A stretch of 64,000 nucleotides of DNA from a virus (lineage: Duplodnaviria; Caudoviricetes), in IMG/VR virus record IMGVR_UViG_3300032138_000007, positions 1-64,000 of that record; one strand, 5' to 3'. Each line of letters starts with the position of its first letter. Position 1 is the stretch's first letter. A model generated the notes under the pieces. It had not been told where the DNA came from, did not search any database, and was given only the letters and a program-made list of their open reading frames with translations. This document shows, one piece after another, positions 1-9,055 of this stretch. The position numbers and the translations under genes were made by a program.

Positions 1-24
1 GTGATGTTTTTCTAATGAAGTATA

Positions 25-32
25 TATTTATA
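25..32 (+). promoter_or_regulatory. Putative late promoter motif TATTTATA (first of about 13 copies upstream of genes)
   Basis: TATTTAT(A) recurs upstream of genes at 25, 917, 1949, 9049, 16450, 32024, 35773, 39051, 39502, 43882 and 48749 (+), and at 16371-16381 and 48728-48735 (-) ahead of the two minus-strand genes. Confidence 0.6.
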
Positions 33-143
33 TATGAAAGATTTCGACGCTCAATGCGAGGTCGATACATAAACCGAATATCAAGGTTCAAAAGAAGTTG
101 ATATTCATAGTTGACTAACAGTAACTAAAATAGGAGAAATAAA

Positions 144-617
144 ATGACTAAAGTTGCTTTTCGTACAGGAATCCCTTTTTTCGATAGGGATGAATTTTTA
201 ACCCCGTTTGACAAAATGTTTGACTCAATGGTGGAATCACAATTCCCAGAAGTAGTTAAATCAGTTGGAGTCAAACCATATCAAGGTTCAGCATATCCAA
301 AAGTAAACGTATATGAATACGATGATAAAGTTGGTATCGTGGCTGAAATTCCAGGATTGAATAAGAAACAATTAAACGTAGAAGTTGAAGATGGAGTTCT
401 AACTATCTCAGGTGATAAACATAGTACTTTCGAAGATGAAGGTGCTAAGGTTCTTCGTAGAGAGTTAAAACAATCTTCGTTCAAACGTTCCTTTGAATTA
501 GGTGAACAATTAGATGGTGATAACATCAATGCTAATTTTAAGGATGGAGTTCTTTCTGTATCTATTCCAAAAATAGAACCAGAGAAACCGAAGAAAACAT
601 TCGTAAAAATCTCATAA
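144..617 (+). CDS. Small heat shock protein (Hsp20/alpha-crystallin)
   Basis: YPKVNVYE..AEIPGL..FKRSFEL..ANFKDGVLSVSIPK motifs; AGGAG RBS. Confidence 0.95.
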   Translation: MTKVAFRTGIPFFDRDEFLTPFDKMFDSMVESQFPEVVKSVGVKPYQGSAYPKVNVYEYDDKVGIVAEIPGLNKKQLNVEVEDGVLTISGDKHSTFEDEGAKVLRRELKQSSFKRSFELGEQLDGDNINANFKDGVLSVSIPKIEPEKPKKTFVKIS

Positions 618-636
618 TAGAGGTTACATAATATAT

Positions 637-706
637 AAAAGGGGCTCAACCGAATTTTTAGTTTCCACTAAATTAAAACTTAAAAAATCAACCGAGCCCT
701 TTTTTT
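637..706 (+). terminator. Intrinsic terminator-like hairpin with long internal stem/loop
   Basis: GGGCTC...GAGCCC followed by a T7 run, directly after hsp20. Confidence 0.55.
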
Positions 707-712
707 ATTTCA

Positions 713-907
713 ATGGGTAAAATTAATAGGATAATTAAAATTAAAGATGTCCTATACGAGTGCTTAGGAACTATGTCTGTAAAAAGTTCTGAAATAAAAG
801 GAACAGAATATTGGAAAGAAAAGTGGGGATCAGATACAGTTCTTAGAAACGGTAACGATTACTATTATTGTAGAACCGTTATTGACGCAGAATTTGAAGA
901 TATTTAA
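713..907 (+). CDS. Hypothetical protein
   Basis: ORF in tandem gene run. Confidence 0.6.
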   Translation: MGKINRIIKIKDVLYECLGTMSVKSSEIKGTEYWKEKWGSDTVLRNGNDYYYCRTVIDAEFEDI

Positions 908-942
908 GAAAAACGATATTTATAAGTAGGAGAAACAGTATT

Positions 943-1176
943 ATGTCAGATAAACCAGAACACACAACCTATTTTAGAGAACTTATTCGTAAGTTGAAAG
1001 AGTTAAGAATAAGTGCTGATAGTGGTGAAATCATTGTACCAAATGATGATGAAGATGTATTAGCTTTTAATGAATTAGAAATACCATTCCATCCAGAAAT
1101 GTTTGAACGAATGAGTTCTGAAGAAAAAGAGGCTTTGTTTATTTGGTTAAATAAAGAAAATATGCCACAAGCGTAG
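943..1176 (+). CDS. Hypothetical acidic protein
   Basis: AGGAG RBS; TATTTATA upstream. Confidence 0.7.
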   Translation: MSDKPEHTTYFRELIRKLKELRISADSGEIIVPNDDEDVLAFNELEIPFHPEMFERMSSEEKEALFIWLNKENMPQA

Positions 1177-1760
1177 TGAATGATAAGTTATTAGAGTTAA
1201 AACGAAAAAAGTTACAACAACAAATACTTTACTTACGAACAGAACTTGAAGAAACCGAATGGATATTTAAAGATTGTTTAAGAGAATTTGATGTTGAGTT
1301 TAGGAAATATTTTAAAGACCCAACTGAAACAAATAAAGATGATGTAACTTCTAAACCTCCTGAATATGACATACCGGCAAATGATGTCAATATGGTTTTT
1401 AAAAAAATAGCTAAAGAAACCCACCCAGACAAACTTATCAACAAAGACATATCAGACGAGGAGTATGATGCCAAGGTTGATATGTATAAAGAGGCACAGA
1501 GGTCAGTAAAGAATAGGGATTGGTCAAAGGTAGTAGAGATAGCAAAAGAATTAGGAATAGATATTTCCGACATCAAAAATGATGATAGTGAATATTTAAG
1601 TGAGAGTGTTAAGAGATTAACAGAAAAGATTAAACAATTAAAAACAACTTATGCTTGGAAGTGGGGGAATACCCCAGACCAAGACAAAGAGATTATGAAA
1701 GGAATGATTTTACAATCTCTTGGATTACAACAAATAAAGGAGAAAGAAAATGGCAAGTAG
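1176..1760 (+). CDS. J-domain (DnaJ-like) co-chaperone protein
   Basis: FKKIAKETHPDKL with HPD motif in helical context; coiled-coil flanks. Confidence 0.8.
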   Translation: MNDKLLELKRKKLQQQILYLRTELEETEWIFKDCLREFDVEFRKYFKDPTETNKDDVTSKPPEYDIPANDVNMVFKKIAKETHPDKLINKDISDEEYDAKVDMYKEAQRSVKNRDWSKVVEIAKELGIDISDIKNDDSEYLSESVKRLTEKIKQLKTTYAWKWGNTPDQDKEIMKGMILQSLGLQQIKEKENGK

Positions 1761-1932
1761 TAAAGAACTATACAACCAGTTAAATGACTTGTGGGAAGGT
1801 TTTCAAGAGAACCATAGAGCACATGCTGAAAAAGGTAATAAAGCAGCAGGTGGTAGAGCAAGAAAACACATTGGTGAGATAAAGAAACTTGTTACTGAAT
1901 ATAGAAAAGCTTCAGTAGCAGAATCTAAATAA
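1750..1932 (+). CDS. Histone H1-like protein, Hc1 family
   Basis: EKGNKAAGGRARK..KKLVTEYRKASV matches the Hc1 family signature. Confidence 0.8.
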   Translation: MASSKELYNQLNDLWEGFQENHRAHAEKGNKAAGGRARKHIGEIKKLVTEYRKASVAESK

Positions 1933-1972
1933 TATAGGATATATACAATATTTATAATAACAAAGGTAATAT

Positions 1973-2167
1973 ATGTTAAGAAAAGATCAGGTTGAATCAC
2001 AACTCGACCAGTTACAATTAGCAGTGGAAAGGTTAAAATCAAGTTTGGTAGTTCCAACGGATCCAGGTGATGTAGGAACACCAATACAGGTCGTAGTGAA
2101 CTCACTACAACAGATTGAGAATCAGATTGATGCTATAATTAACTTGATTCAATTGGAAGATGATTAA
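1973..2167 (+). CDS. Hypothetical coiled-coil protein
   Basis: ORF with RBS and upstream TATTTATA. Confidence 0.65.
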   Translation: MLRKDQVESQLDQLQLAVERLKSSLVVPTDPGDVGTPIQVVVNSLQQIENQIDAIINLIQLEDD

Positions 2168-2188
2168 TTAGTAACTGGGAGAACTCAT

Positions 2189-3178
2189 GTGGAAACCACA
2201 AGAAGTAGGATATTTCCATATTTTGTAGGATTGGCTGCATTACTCGTAGCGGGTAGTGCGGCATTTTACTCTGTATTTGGATTATCTAAATTATTTAGCG
2301 GGGCTACTCTCGCCGTAATTATTATGGCAGGTAGCTTAGAATTTGCAAAATTAGTTTCAGCATCATTTTTATATAGGTATTGGACTAAAGTAAATACTTG
2401 GTTAAAATACTATATGACAGTTGGTGTAGTAATATTGGTTTTAATAACAAGTGCTGGTATCTTTGGCTTTCTATCGAATGCCTATCAAGGTGCTACGATA
2501 GAGTTTGAAAAAGAATCTACTAAACTATTATACAAAGAAGATAGATTAGGTCAATTAGAAGAAGATAAGCAATATCTTAAAGAAGAGTTAGAACTTGCTA
2601 TATCAGAACTACCAGACAATTATATCACAGCGAAAAGACAACTTCGTGCAGATTATAATCCAAAGGTATTGGAAGTAAATGACCAAATATTAGATATTAA
2701 ACAAGAGATAGGTGATTTAAAAACTGCCTTGATAGAAACTGGTGTTGATGTAGGTCCTGCAATTTATCTCGCAAGAGTTTTTGGGACAGACGTGGATACG
2801 GTGGTAAAATTCTTTATCTTCATTCTTATCTTTGTGTTTGATCCTATGGCCGTAGCGTTAGTTATAGCATATAACATAACTATGGTAAATAGGCAACAGG
2901 GGTCGTCTGGGAAACAGTCAAGTGACAGATCTCCAAAGAAAAAGAAACCAAAAAGACTTGGTTTATATAAAGAAGGTAAGACTATGGTAGAAAAGATAGT
3001 TAAAGAAACTTTTAAACCTGATCCCGATGAGGGAGAAGCAAAAAAAGATAATAAGGTTATAGAAGAAGTTATAGAAGAAGAATCAGGAGGTGGAATTTTT
3101 ATTCCCGAAGAACGAGGTGCTATTAAGTATCCAGACGTAATACTAAAGAAAATGAAAGAAAACGAAAATAAGCCTTGA
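2189..3178 (+). CDS. Multi-pass membrane protein with coiled-coil (DUF4407-like)
   Basis: Three N-terminal TM segments, coiled coil, FIFILIFVFDPMAVALV TM segment. Confidence 0.7.
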   Translation: METTRSRIFPYFVGLAALLVAGSAAFYSVFGLSKLFSGATLAVIIMAGSLEFAKLVSASFLYRYWTKVNTWLKYYMTVGVVILVLITSAGIFGFLSNAYQGATIEFEKESTKLLYKEDRLGQLEEDKQYLKEELELAISELPDNYITAKRQLRADYNPKVLEVNDQILDIKQEIGDLKTALIETGVDVGPAIYLARVFGTDVDTVVKFFIFILIFVFDPMAVALVIAYNITMVNRQQGSSGKQSSDRSPKKKKPKRLGLYKEGKTMVEKIVKETFKPDPDEGEAKKDNKVIEEVIEEESGGGIFIPEERGAIKYPDVILKKMKENENKP

Positions 3179-3204
3179 CTCATATAGTATTTCTTATGTA
3201 AGAT
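3175..3204 (+). promoter_or_regulatory. Putative early promoter TTGACT-N18-TAAGAT
   Basis: One of three CTTGACT..GTAAGATCAA copies. Confidence 0.65.
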
Positions 3205-3251
3205 CAATTAAGATGAGAAAGAAAAAAAGTGAAAAAAAAGTAAAAAAAGCC

Positions 3252-3280
3252 TTGACTTTCTCATTATTTATTCGTAAGAT
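3252..3280 (+). promoter_or_regulatory. Putative early promoter TTGACT-N17-TAAGAT with upstream A-tracts
   Basis: Second copy; precedes the small early ORF cluster. Confidence 0.7.
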
Positions 3281-3289
3281 CAAGTAACA

Positions 3290-3610
3290 ATGAGAGATAA
3301 TACAATGAATTTAAATGAATATTTAATAGAAAATGACAGACATATTGGGGATGTCGTTATTCTTAATAGTGTCGGTACAGCCTTAGATAAGGTTAGTGGA
3401 GATACTTTTCCAATGATGGTTGATAATACTATTGGTGTTGATGAACCGATGAATATTATGGAAATGGAAATTAACGGTGATTCTTATGATTGGTTTGAGG
3501 CATTATCTGATACTGATAAGGAATCTGTTGATGAGGTTATGTTTAATCTATCCTATGAATCTTGGGTAGAAGGTCATATTGGTGAACCTGAATATTTGGG
3601 GGAAAGATAA
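3290..3610 (+). CDS. Hypothetical acidic early protein
   Basis: ORF behind early promoters; start may be 3305. Confidence 0.7.
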   Translation: MRDNTMNLNEYLIENDRHIGDVVILNSVGTALDKVSGDTFPMMVDNTIGVDEPMNIMEMEINGDSYDWFEALSDTDKESVDEVMFNLSYESWVEGHIGEPEYLGER

Positions 3611-3954
3611 TGTCTAATATGAATGAAACAATTTTCGGAACCGCTTATATGGTTGGAAAAGATGAATATGTTGAAGGAAAACATAGAGTTAAAAATATCA
3701 ACCTTATTGATTTAATGGATGATTTAGGTTTTATACCCGATGGTAAAAATGTAAATGAGATTACAGATTTAAATGTTGTATGGTATTCTGATAATGATGG
3801 TGATGTTTATATTACAGAGATATACGACAACGATAGTGGAGAAGTTTATTGGACTGATCCTTCTGAAGATTGGACGGACGCTGATGATGAACTTACAAAC
3901 TCACTTTTAATGTGGGGTGGATTAGAAAATACTATAGGAGATTATTATGTTTAA
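3610..3954 (+). CDS. Hypothetical acidic early protein
   Basis: TAATG translational coupling. Confidence 0.7.
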   Translation: MSNMNETIFGTAYMVGKDEYVEGKHRVKNINLIDLMDDLGFIPDGKNVNEITDLNVVWYSDNDGDVYITEIYDNDSGEVYWTDPSEDWTDADDELTNSLLMWGGLENTIGDYYV

Positions 3955-4321
3955 ATCAGCCGCAGAACTTGGTAGAGAATTTCGTAGTGAAGTAGCACCA
4001 ATGTTAAAATCAAAAGGATTTGATTTACGAATAGCTACATCCAGAAGAAGTTATTATCACGATGGTAAACTTAATGTTTCAATAATTAAAGTTCCAACTA
4101 ATTTTCCTGTATGGACAAGTGAATATAGTCGTTGGGATAGAACTGATAACGCTGACAGACTTTTATCTACTATTAAAGATAGAATTAATATTCTTATTTC
4201 TAATAACAATGTAGAATTAGAAACTGAAGGTGAGGACGGTTTGGATGTAGATGTAGATGTTGAGTTTACATCAAAGATTCCTTACATATCTTATAAAAAG
4301 GATTCAAATGAATCTGATTGA
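3947..4321 (+). CDS. Hypothetical protein
   Basis: AGGAG RBS, overlapping gene run. Confidence 0.7.
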   Translation: MFKSAAELGREFRSEVAPMLKSKGFDLRIATSRRSYYHDGKLNVSIIKVPTNFPVWTSEYSRWDRTDNADRLLSTIKDRINILISNNNVELETEGEDGLDVDVDVEFTSKIPYISYKKDSNESD

Positions 4322-4544
4322 TAAGATTATAGAAGTTTTTGACGGAGAGATTATGGAAGATAATCAATGGCGTGTAGATGGTTCTAATGGAAACAAATAC
4401 ACGGTAGAATGGGATCCGTATCATAAAAATTATAGTTGTAATTGTTTAGGTTATACTTATAGAAGGAAGTGTAAACATACACATTTTATAAGTGAATCAT
4501 TCCGCACTAAGTATAGAGGCCGTGCTGGTGCCAGAGTGGTTTAA
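4308..4544 (+). CDS. SWIM zinc-finger protein
   Basis: GSNGNKYTV...SCNCLGYTYRRKCKH (CxC..CxH); start moved to ATG 4308 after AAGGA. Confidence 0.8.
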   Translation: MNLIDKIIEVFDGEIMEDNQWRVDGSNGNKYTVEWDPYHKNYSCNCLGYTYRRKCKHTHFISESFRTKYRGRAGARVV

Positions 4545-4595
4545 TGGGGTGGATTGCAAATCCATTAGTCGTGAGTTCGAATCTCACCCAGCACT
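4522..4595 (+). tRNA. tRNA-Cys(GCA), CCA not encoded
   Basis: Acceptor GTGCTGG/CCAGCAC, anticodon arm GTGGA-TTGCAAA-TCCAT, T-arm GTGAG-TTCGAAT-CTCAC, U73 discriminator. Confidence 0.95.
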
Positions 4596-4613
4596 CAAAT
4601 TAAAGGAAAAGAA

Positions 4614-4949
4614 ATGAAAAAATCTTGGTTATTAATAATGTCTTTTGACGAACACGATGGTAGTCCTAATGAGATTAAAACATTGTATCATGGAAAGACC
4701 AAACGAAGTATGGTAAAACATATGAATCTTTTACAAGATATGAATGAACATTTAGTATTATCTTTAGTAGAGGTAGATAAGAAATCTACCTATGATGATT
4801 TCATTCGTAGAGATGATTCAGAAGAAATGTTTTTTATGGATTCCAAATCAAATTGGAATAATGGTAAAACTTATGAGGACCTAAAAGAAGAAGCATTAGA
4901 AGAAATGCTTATGGGTTCTTTAATTAATGGCGACATGGGATACGCCTAA
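4614..4949 (+). CDS. Hypothetical protein
   Basis: AAGGA RBS. Confidence 0.7.
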   Translation: MKKSWLLIMSFDEHDGSPNEIKTLYHGKTKRSMVKHMNLLQDMNEHLVLSLVEVDKKSTYDDFIRRDDSEEMFFMDSKSNWNNGKTYEDLKEEALEEMLMGSLINGDMGYA

Positions 4950-4966
4950 ACGAAAGAGAGAAAAAA

Positions 4967-5398
4967 ATGAAAACTGAAATAAGTAATTCATATAAAGTAG
5001 ATGGTATACTTCATATGTGTTGTCATAAATGTGGTAGAGAAGTTAGTAACATTGGTTCAGAAACCGTCAGGGTAACCTGTTCTATGTGTGTTTTAGCTAC
5101 CTGTGGTTTTCCTAAAGAACCTAAATCAACTTATAAACCAACGGGACGACCAGCTGGTTGGCATTGGATGAAAGAGTTCGTTGATAAGGACGGAACAGTT
5201 TATCACTTGGGTAAAGAACAACCTAAGTTAAAGGGAACTAAGAAACCTACTAAGGTTAAACCTGTAACGAAGAAACGTAAAAAGCGTCGGACAAAAGAAG
5301 AAATGCTTCTCGCTATAGACGCTGAGAGAAAGGCTGAATTGAAGAAAGCTCATCAGAAACAAAAAGATTTTATTAATCACAATATAAATAAAGGATAA
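4967..5398 (+). CDS. Zn-ribbon protein with basic C-terminus
   Basis: CHKC...CSMC, GRPAGWHWM, Lys-rich tail. Confidence 0.65.
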   Translation: MKTEISNSYKVDGILHMCCHKCGREVSNIGSETVRVTCSMCVLATCGFPKEPKSTYKPTGRPAGWHWMKEFVDKDGTVYHLGKEQPKLKGTKKPTKVKPVTKKRKKRRTKEEMLLAIDAERKAELKKAHQKQKDFINHNINKG

Positions 5399-5401
5399 AG
5401 T

Positions 5402-5620
5402 ATGGAATTAATGGCATGGTTTATAAAACCATTTAATAAAAGTATGGTGTGGTTAGGTAGTACATTTTTTGATACCACAGTTTTTGGAATTAAAATAGGA
5501 TGGATATTTGTCTATGTTAGTTTTACATATATGTTTTTTAATTTAACAGATATGGTATATAATAAAGCTTTCAATGATGGAGTTAAATCAGTAACAATAG
5601 GAGTCAATGAAAATGGCTAA
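5402..5620 (+). CDS. Small membrane protein
   Basis: Hydrophobic segment; RBS. Confidence 0.6.
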   Translation: MELMAWFIKPFNKSMVWLGSTFFDTTVFGIKIGWIFVYVSFTYMFFNLTDMVYNKAFNDGVKSVTIGVNENG

Positions 5621-5780
5621 AAAGAAAAAGTCTATACCGTTTCATGTGAAACATAATTATAAACAATGGACTTCGGATCAGGGTTATAGTTTTTGGGCAA
5701 AAGATGAAGAAGATGCAAAATTGTATCTTGAGAAAACAGAAGGGAATTTAGGTTCTCTTAAAGAGGTTAAAGATGTTTGA
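5613..5780 (+). CDS. Hypothetical 55-aa protein (not in ORF track)
   Basis: AGGAG then MAKKKKSIPFHVKHNYKQWTSDQGYSFWAKDEEDAK...; fills the gap between genes. Confidence 0.65.
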   Translation: MAKKKKSIPFHVKHNYKQWTSDQGYSFWAKDEEDAKLYLEKTEGNLGSLKEVKDV

Positions 5781-5868
5781 ATTTATGGTTATAGGTATAT
5801 TACTTTACATAGCCTATCAAGTCGCTAAATCTAACGACAATGATTGGTTTAACAATTTTCCATATTAA
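5773..5868 (+). CDS. 31-aa single-TM peptide (not in ORF track)
   Basis: GAGG RBS; MFEFMVIGILLYIAYQVAKSNDNDWFNNFPY. Confidence 0.5.
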   Translation: MFEFMVIGILLYIAYQVAKSNDNDWFNNFPY

Positions 5869-5881
5869 TTAAGGAGTTAAA

Positions 5882-6118
5882 ATGAGCACACATCCAATGA
5901 AACCCATAACTAAACCAGGTGAGGGAAATAGGACACAACAACAGAAGTATCTTTCACAAGATAGATATTTGGAAGAACGATACCAGATTTCAGTTGGGTT
6001 AAAAGGACCCAAAAGACTTGAAGGTGAATCGTATGAAGATTTTTGTATTCGTAGAAAAGCCGAAAATGGTTTGTTAAGAGAATATCTTAGAGGTGTTTGG
6101 GTAAAGAAGGAAGATTGA
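5882..6118 (+). CDS. Hypothetical protein
   Basis: AAGGAG RBS; PKRLEGESYEDF..RRK. Confidence 0.7.
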   Translation: MSTHPMKPITKPGEGNRTQQQKYLSQDRYLEERYQISVGLKGPKRLEGESYEDFCIRRKAENGLLREYLRGVWVKKED

Positions 6119-6381
6119 CAAATTCTCAAGAAAAATTAAAACACTTATCAGCTACAATGTTACATTGGGCGGAAGAACATAAATTCCTAACCAAGAGAAA
6201 AGGTAATTATATAATACCAGCAAGAAATGGTGTTGAATGGAAAGAAGATTTTAAGTTTGTTACGAAGTTAGATAGTATGTTAGCTGATGGTCTTGATGTT
6301 AAATTAAAAAAGAAAGAAATGAAAATGTGTAATGAATTATATAAGTATTATGGGAGTTGTTATGACAGACTTCGAAAATAA
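6097..6381 (+). CDS. Hypothetical protein
   Basis: ORF in gene run; start uncertain (possibly TTG 6115). Confidence 0.6.
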   Translation: MGKEGRLTNSQEKLKHLSATMLHWAEEHKFLTKRKGNYIIPARNGVEWKEDFKFVTKLDSMLADGLDVKLKKKEMKMCNELYKYYGSCYDRLRK

Positions 6382-6622
6382 GGCTTGTAAATTTTTAGGT
6401 GTTATACTATTTGTATTAGTTGTATTTATTGGAACACAAGTAATGGGATGTGCTTGTCCAGTTCCACCACCACCATCAGATTATATTGATGAAGTGGATA
6501 CATCAAATCTTGTTTATATAAAATATATTCCAGATTGGTATATTGTACCAGATAAGTTAGAGGATAGGTTAATACTACCTATACATTTTATCGATGAAAT
6601 AGATATGTCTAATTATGCGTAA
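6362..6622 (+). CDS. Putative lipoprotein or membrane-anchored protein
   Basis: GGAG RBS; hydrophobic stretch ending VMGC, then Pro-rich linker. Confidence 0.55.
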   Translation: MTDFENKACKFLGVILFVLVVFIGTQVMGCACPVPPPPSDYIDEVDTSNLVYIKYIPDWYIVPDKLEDRLILPIHFIDEIDMSNYA

Positions 6623-7268
6623 AGTAATAAACTGTTTTAAAGAACATAATTTAGTTATAAACAAAAAACTGAGAAAGGTTTCAGTAGATGAAGGACTTAA
6701 AATCGCCGAGATTTTATTCACTACACTCAATGAGAGGAAAGACGGAATTGGTCTTGCGGCTAACCAGGTGGGTATTGACGCCGCTGTTGCTGTGGTTAAT
6801 GTTAGGGAACCGCTTATTCTAATTAATCCTGTTATTAAAGAACAATGGGATGAGATAGATTATTATGAGGGTTGTTTAAGTTACCCAAAACGAGGTGTTA
6901 ACACTAAGAGATACAGAAATGTTATAATACAAACCGAACAAGAAGAAAGTGGTTGGTATTTTAGTGGAGCAGAAAGTGGTGAAGAAGGTAAAGGTAGTTG
7001 GGAAGCAGAACAAAAACAAAATGATCAAGAACAAAGATTATTAGAATCTATTTGTGTCCAACACGAAATAGATCATTTAAATGGAGTTACAATAATGGAT
7101 AGAGAACATAAACCAAAACCACTTAGAGTAAAAAAGAAGTGGGGTAGAAACGAACTTGTAGATATAACAGATGGTAAAATATTATCAACAATGAAATACA
7201 AAAAAGCAAAACCACTTATAGATAGTGGTCTATGGACAATTTATATAGGAGGTCCAATAACAGTATGA
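6615..7268 (+). CDS. def: Peptide deformylase
   Basis: GIGLAANQVG, EGCLS and QHEIDHLNG motifs. Confidence 0.95.
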   Translation: MRKVINCFKEHNLVINKKLRKVSVDEGLKIAEILFTTLNERKDGIGLAANQVGIDAAVAVVNVREPLILINPVIKEQWDEIDYYEGCLSYPKRGVNTKRYRNVIIQTEQEESGWYFSGAESGEEGKGSWEAEQKQNDQEQRLLESICVQHEIDHLNGVTIMDREHKPKPLRVKKKWGRNELVDITDGKILSTMKYKKAKPLIDSGLWTIYIGGPITV

Positions 7269-7501
7269 AGAAAAAAGTAGTTAAACCAATCAGAAGAAAA
7301 TGTCATAATTGTGGAAAGATGGCAACTAATCCACTTGTATATCACATTGTTCCATCAATTCCATATGGGGCAGATATACCAGCATATCAAAAGAGTGCAC
7401 CTAAAACCAATCGTGTTGATTTAAAAGGTGATAGAAAAATATCAGTTTATAATTTTTGTGACAATCAATGTTATGAAGAAGGTAAACCTAAAGTTCAATG
7501 A
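7265..7501 (+). CDS. TRASH/zinc-finger-like small protein
   Basis: CHNC...FCDNQC; AGGAGG RBS supports start 7265. Confidence 0.6.
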   Translation: MKKKVVKPIRRKCHNCGKMATNPLVYHIVPSIPYGADIPAYQKSAPKTNRVDLKGDRKISVYNFCDNQCYEEGKPKVQ

Positions 7502-7656
7502 GCAAAAAGGTCAAAACAAAAACTAAAAAAGAAAAACCAAAACCAAAACCGAAAAGTAAGTATTCTAATGCCGGTAAAGGTGATAAGAGTAGAGTATCAG
7601 ATGCTAATAAGTACGCTGAGAATTGGGAAAAGATTTTTGGAAAAAAGAAAAAGTGA
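7498..7656 (+). CDS. Small basic 52-aa phage protein (not in ORF track)
   Basis: ATGA/GTGA coupling on both sides; NAGKGDKSR..YAENWEKIFGKKKK. Confidence 0.65.
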   Translation: MSKKVKTKTKKEKPKPKPKSKYSNAGKGDKSRVSDANKYAENWEKIFGKKKK

Positions 7657-8855
7657 AAAAATACTTAACATATGATGATGTAAATATAGTTCCAAAGTAT
7701 TCGAAATTAAAATCTCGTGAAGATGTAAAACTTAATACACGATTTACAAAGAATACAGAACTCACTATTCCAATAGTTGCTTCACCTATGGACACCGTAA
7801 CTGAATTAGATATGGCTATTGAAATGTTAGAGTGGGGTGGTGTTGGTGTTATACATAGATTTATGTCTATTGAAAAACAAGCCCATATGATGAAGGAGTT
7901 ACATTATGAATGGGATAGATATTTTGATATTTCTAAAAATATGGGTGGTGATGTTGAAGAAAGAACTATAGATAAAGAATGGGATGAATGGTATGAGAGT
8001 GTAAAACATTGGAATAGTCCACCTACCAAATCAGATTGGAAAGATTTAAAGGATAGGTTTTATTGGGCAGATGGTATGATTAAAGATGAAGAGATTTGGA
8101 AGAAAAGACCATTATGTGCAGCAGTAGGAGTTACTGGAGATTATTTAGAAAGAGCGAGAGAATTAGTATGGAACGGATGTAATGTTATACTTATAGATGT
8201 AGCACATGGACATCACAAATTAGTAGGAGATGCTATTGAAGAAATTAAAAATGACATATCAGAAATCGAAGTCGTTGCGGGATCAGTTGCAACAGGAGAT
8301 GGAGCAAAGTTTCTATGTGAAAAAGGAGCTGACGCCCTTAGAGTGGGAGTCGGTAACGGCTCATTATGCGAAACGAGAATCAGAACCGGGGTTGGACTTC
8401 CTTCGGTTACTGCTCTTCTTGATGTTTGTTCCGTTGCTGATGGGTATAATGTTCCTGTCATTGCTGATGGTGGGATTCGTAATGTTGGTGATGTCTGTAA
8501 AGGACTTGGTAGTGGAGCTGACACCATCATGGTTGGTTCGTTACTTTCAGGGACGAAAGAAAGTCCAGGTACAATAGAGAAAAAAGGTCAATGGCCAAAC
8601 GAACAATTACATAAAAAATATAGAGGTTCTGCTTCAAGAGATTCAAAAGGAAACGATAAAAATGTTGAAGGTAATCACAAAGTTATACCATACAAAGGAA
8701 AAGTTAAAAGAATTTTACATGATATTAGAGATGGGATTAGGAGTTCTTGTTCTTATGTTGGTGCATCGAATCTGGAGGAATACAGGTCTTTGGTCGAATT
8801 TGTAGAGGTTACAAGGGCAGGTCAAGTTGAAGCACAACCACATTTATTAACTTAG
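7653..8855 (+). CDS. IMPDH/GMP reductase family enzyme (GMP reductase-like flap, no CBS domains)
   Basis: LTYDDV, SPMDTVT, DVAHGH, GVGNGSLCETR catalytic Cys loop, IADGG; GTG start at 7653. Confidence 0.9.
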   Translation: MKKYLTYDDVNIVPKYSKLKSREDVKLNTRFTKNTELTIPIVASPMDTVTELDMAIEMLEWGGVGVIHRFMSIEKQAHMMKELHYEWDRYFDISKNMGGDVEERTIDKEWDEWYESVKHWNSPPTKSDWKDLKDRFYWADGMIKDEEIWKKRPLCAAVGVTGDYLERARELVWNGCNVILIDVAHGHHKLVGDAIEEIKNDISEIEVVAGSVATGDGAKFLCEKGADALRVGVGNGSLCETRIRTGVGLPSVTALLDVCSVADGYNVPVIADGGIRNVGDVCKGLGSGADTIMVGSLLSGTKESPGTIEKKGQWPNEQLHKKYRGSASRDSKGNDKNVEGNHKVIPYKGKVKRILHDIRDGIRSSCSYVGASNLEEYRSLVEFVEVTRAGQVEAQPHLLT

Positions 8856-8864
8856 GAGAATAAA

Positions 8865-9014
8865 ATGGATATAGGAATATTAAATAGTCTTGGATACATT
8901 GAAGTTATAGAAATATCTATTTGGTTAGGTATAATGTATTTTGGAAAATGTTATATTGATAATTATTTTAAAGATAAACCTAAAAAAGATAAAAAACAAT
9001 TATTGAATGATTAA
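8865..9014 (+). CDS. 49-aa single-TM protein (not in ORF track)
   Basis: AGGAG RBS; MDIGILNSLGYIEVIEISIWLGIMYFGKC... Confidence 0.6.
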   Translation: MDIGILNSLGYIEVIEISIWLGIMYFGKCYIDNYFKDKPKKDKKQLLND

Positions 9015-9055
9015 TTAATTTTTCTATACTTATCCCTAAGAATGGAGATATTTAT

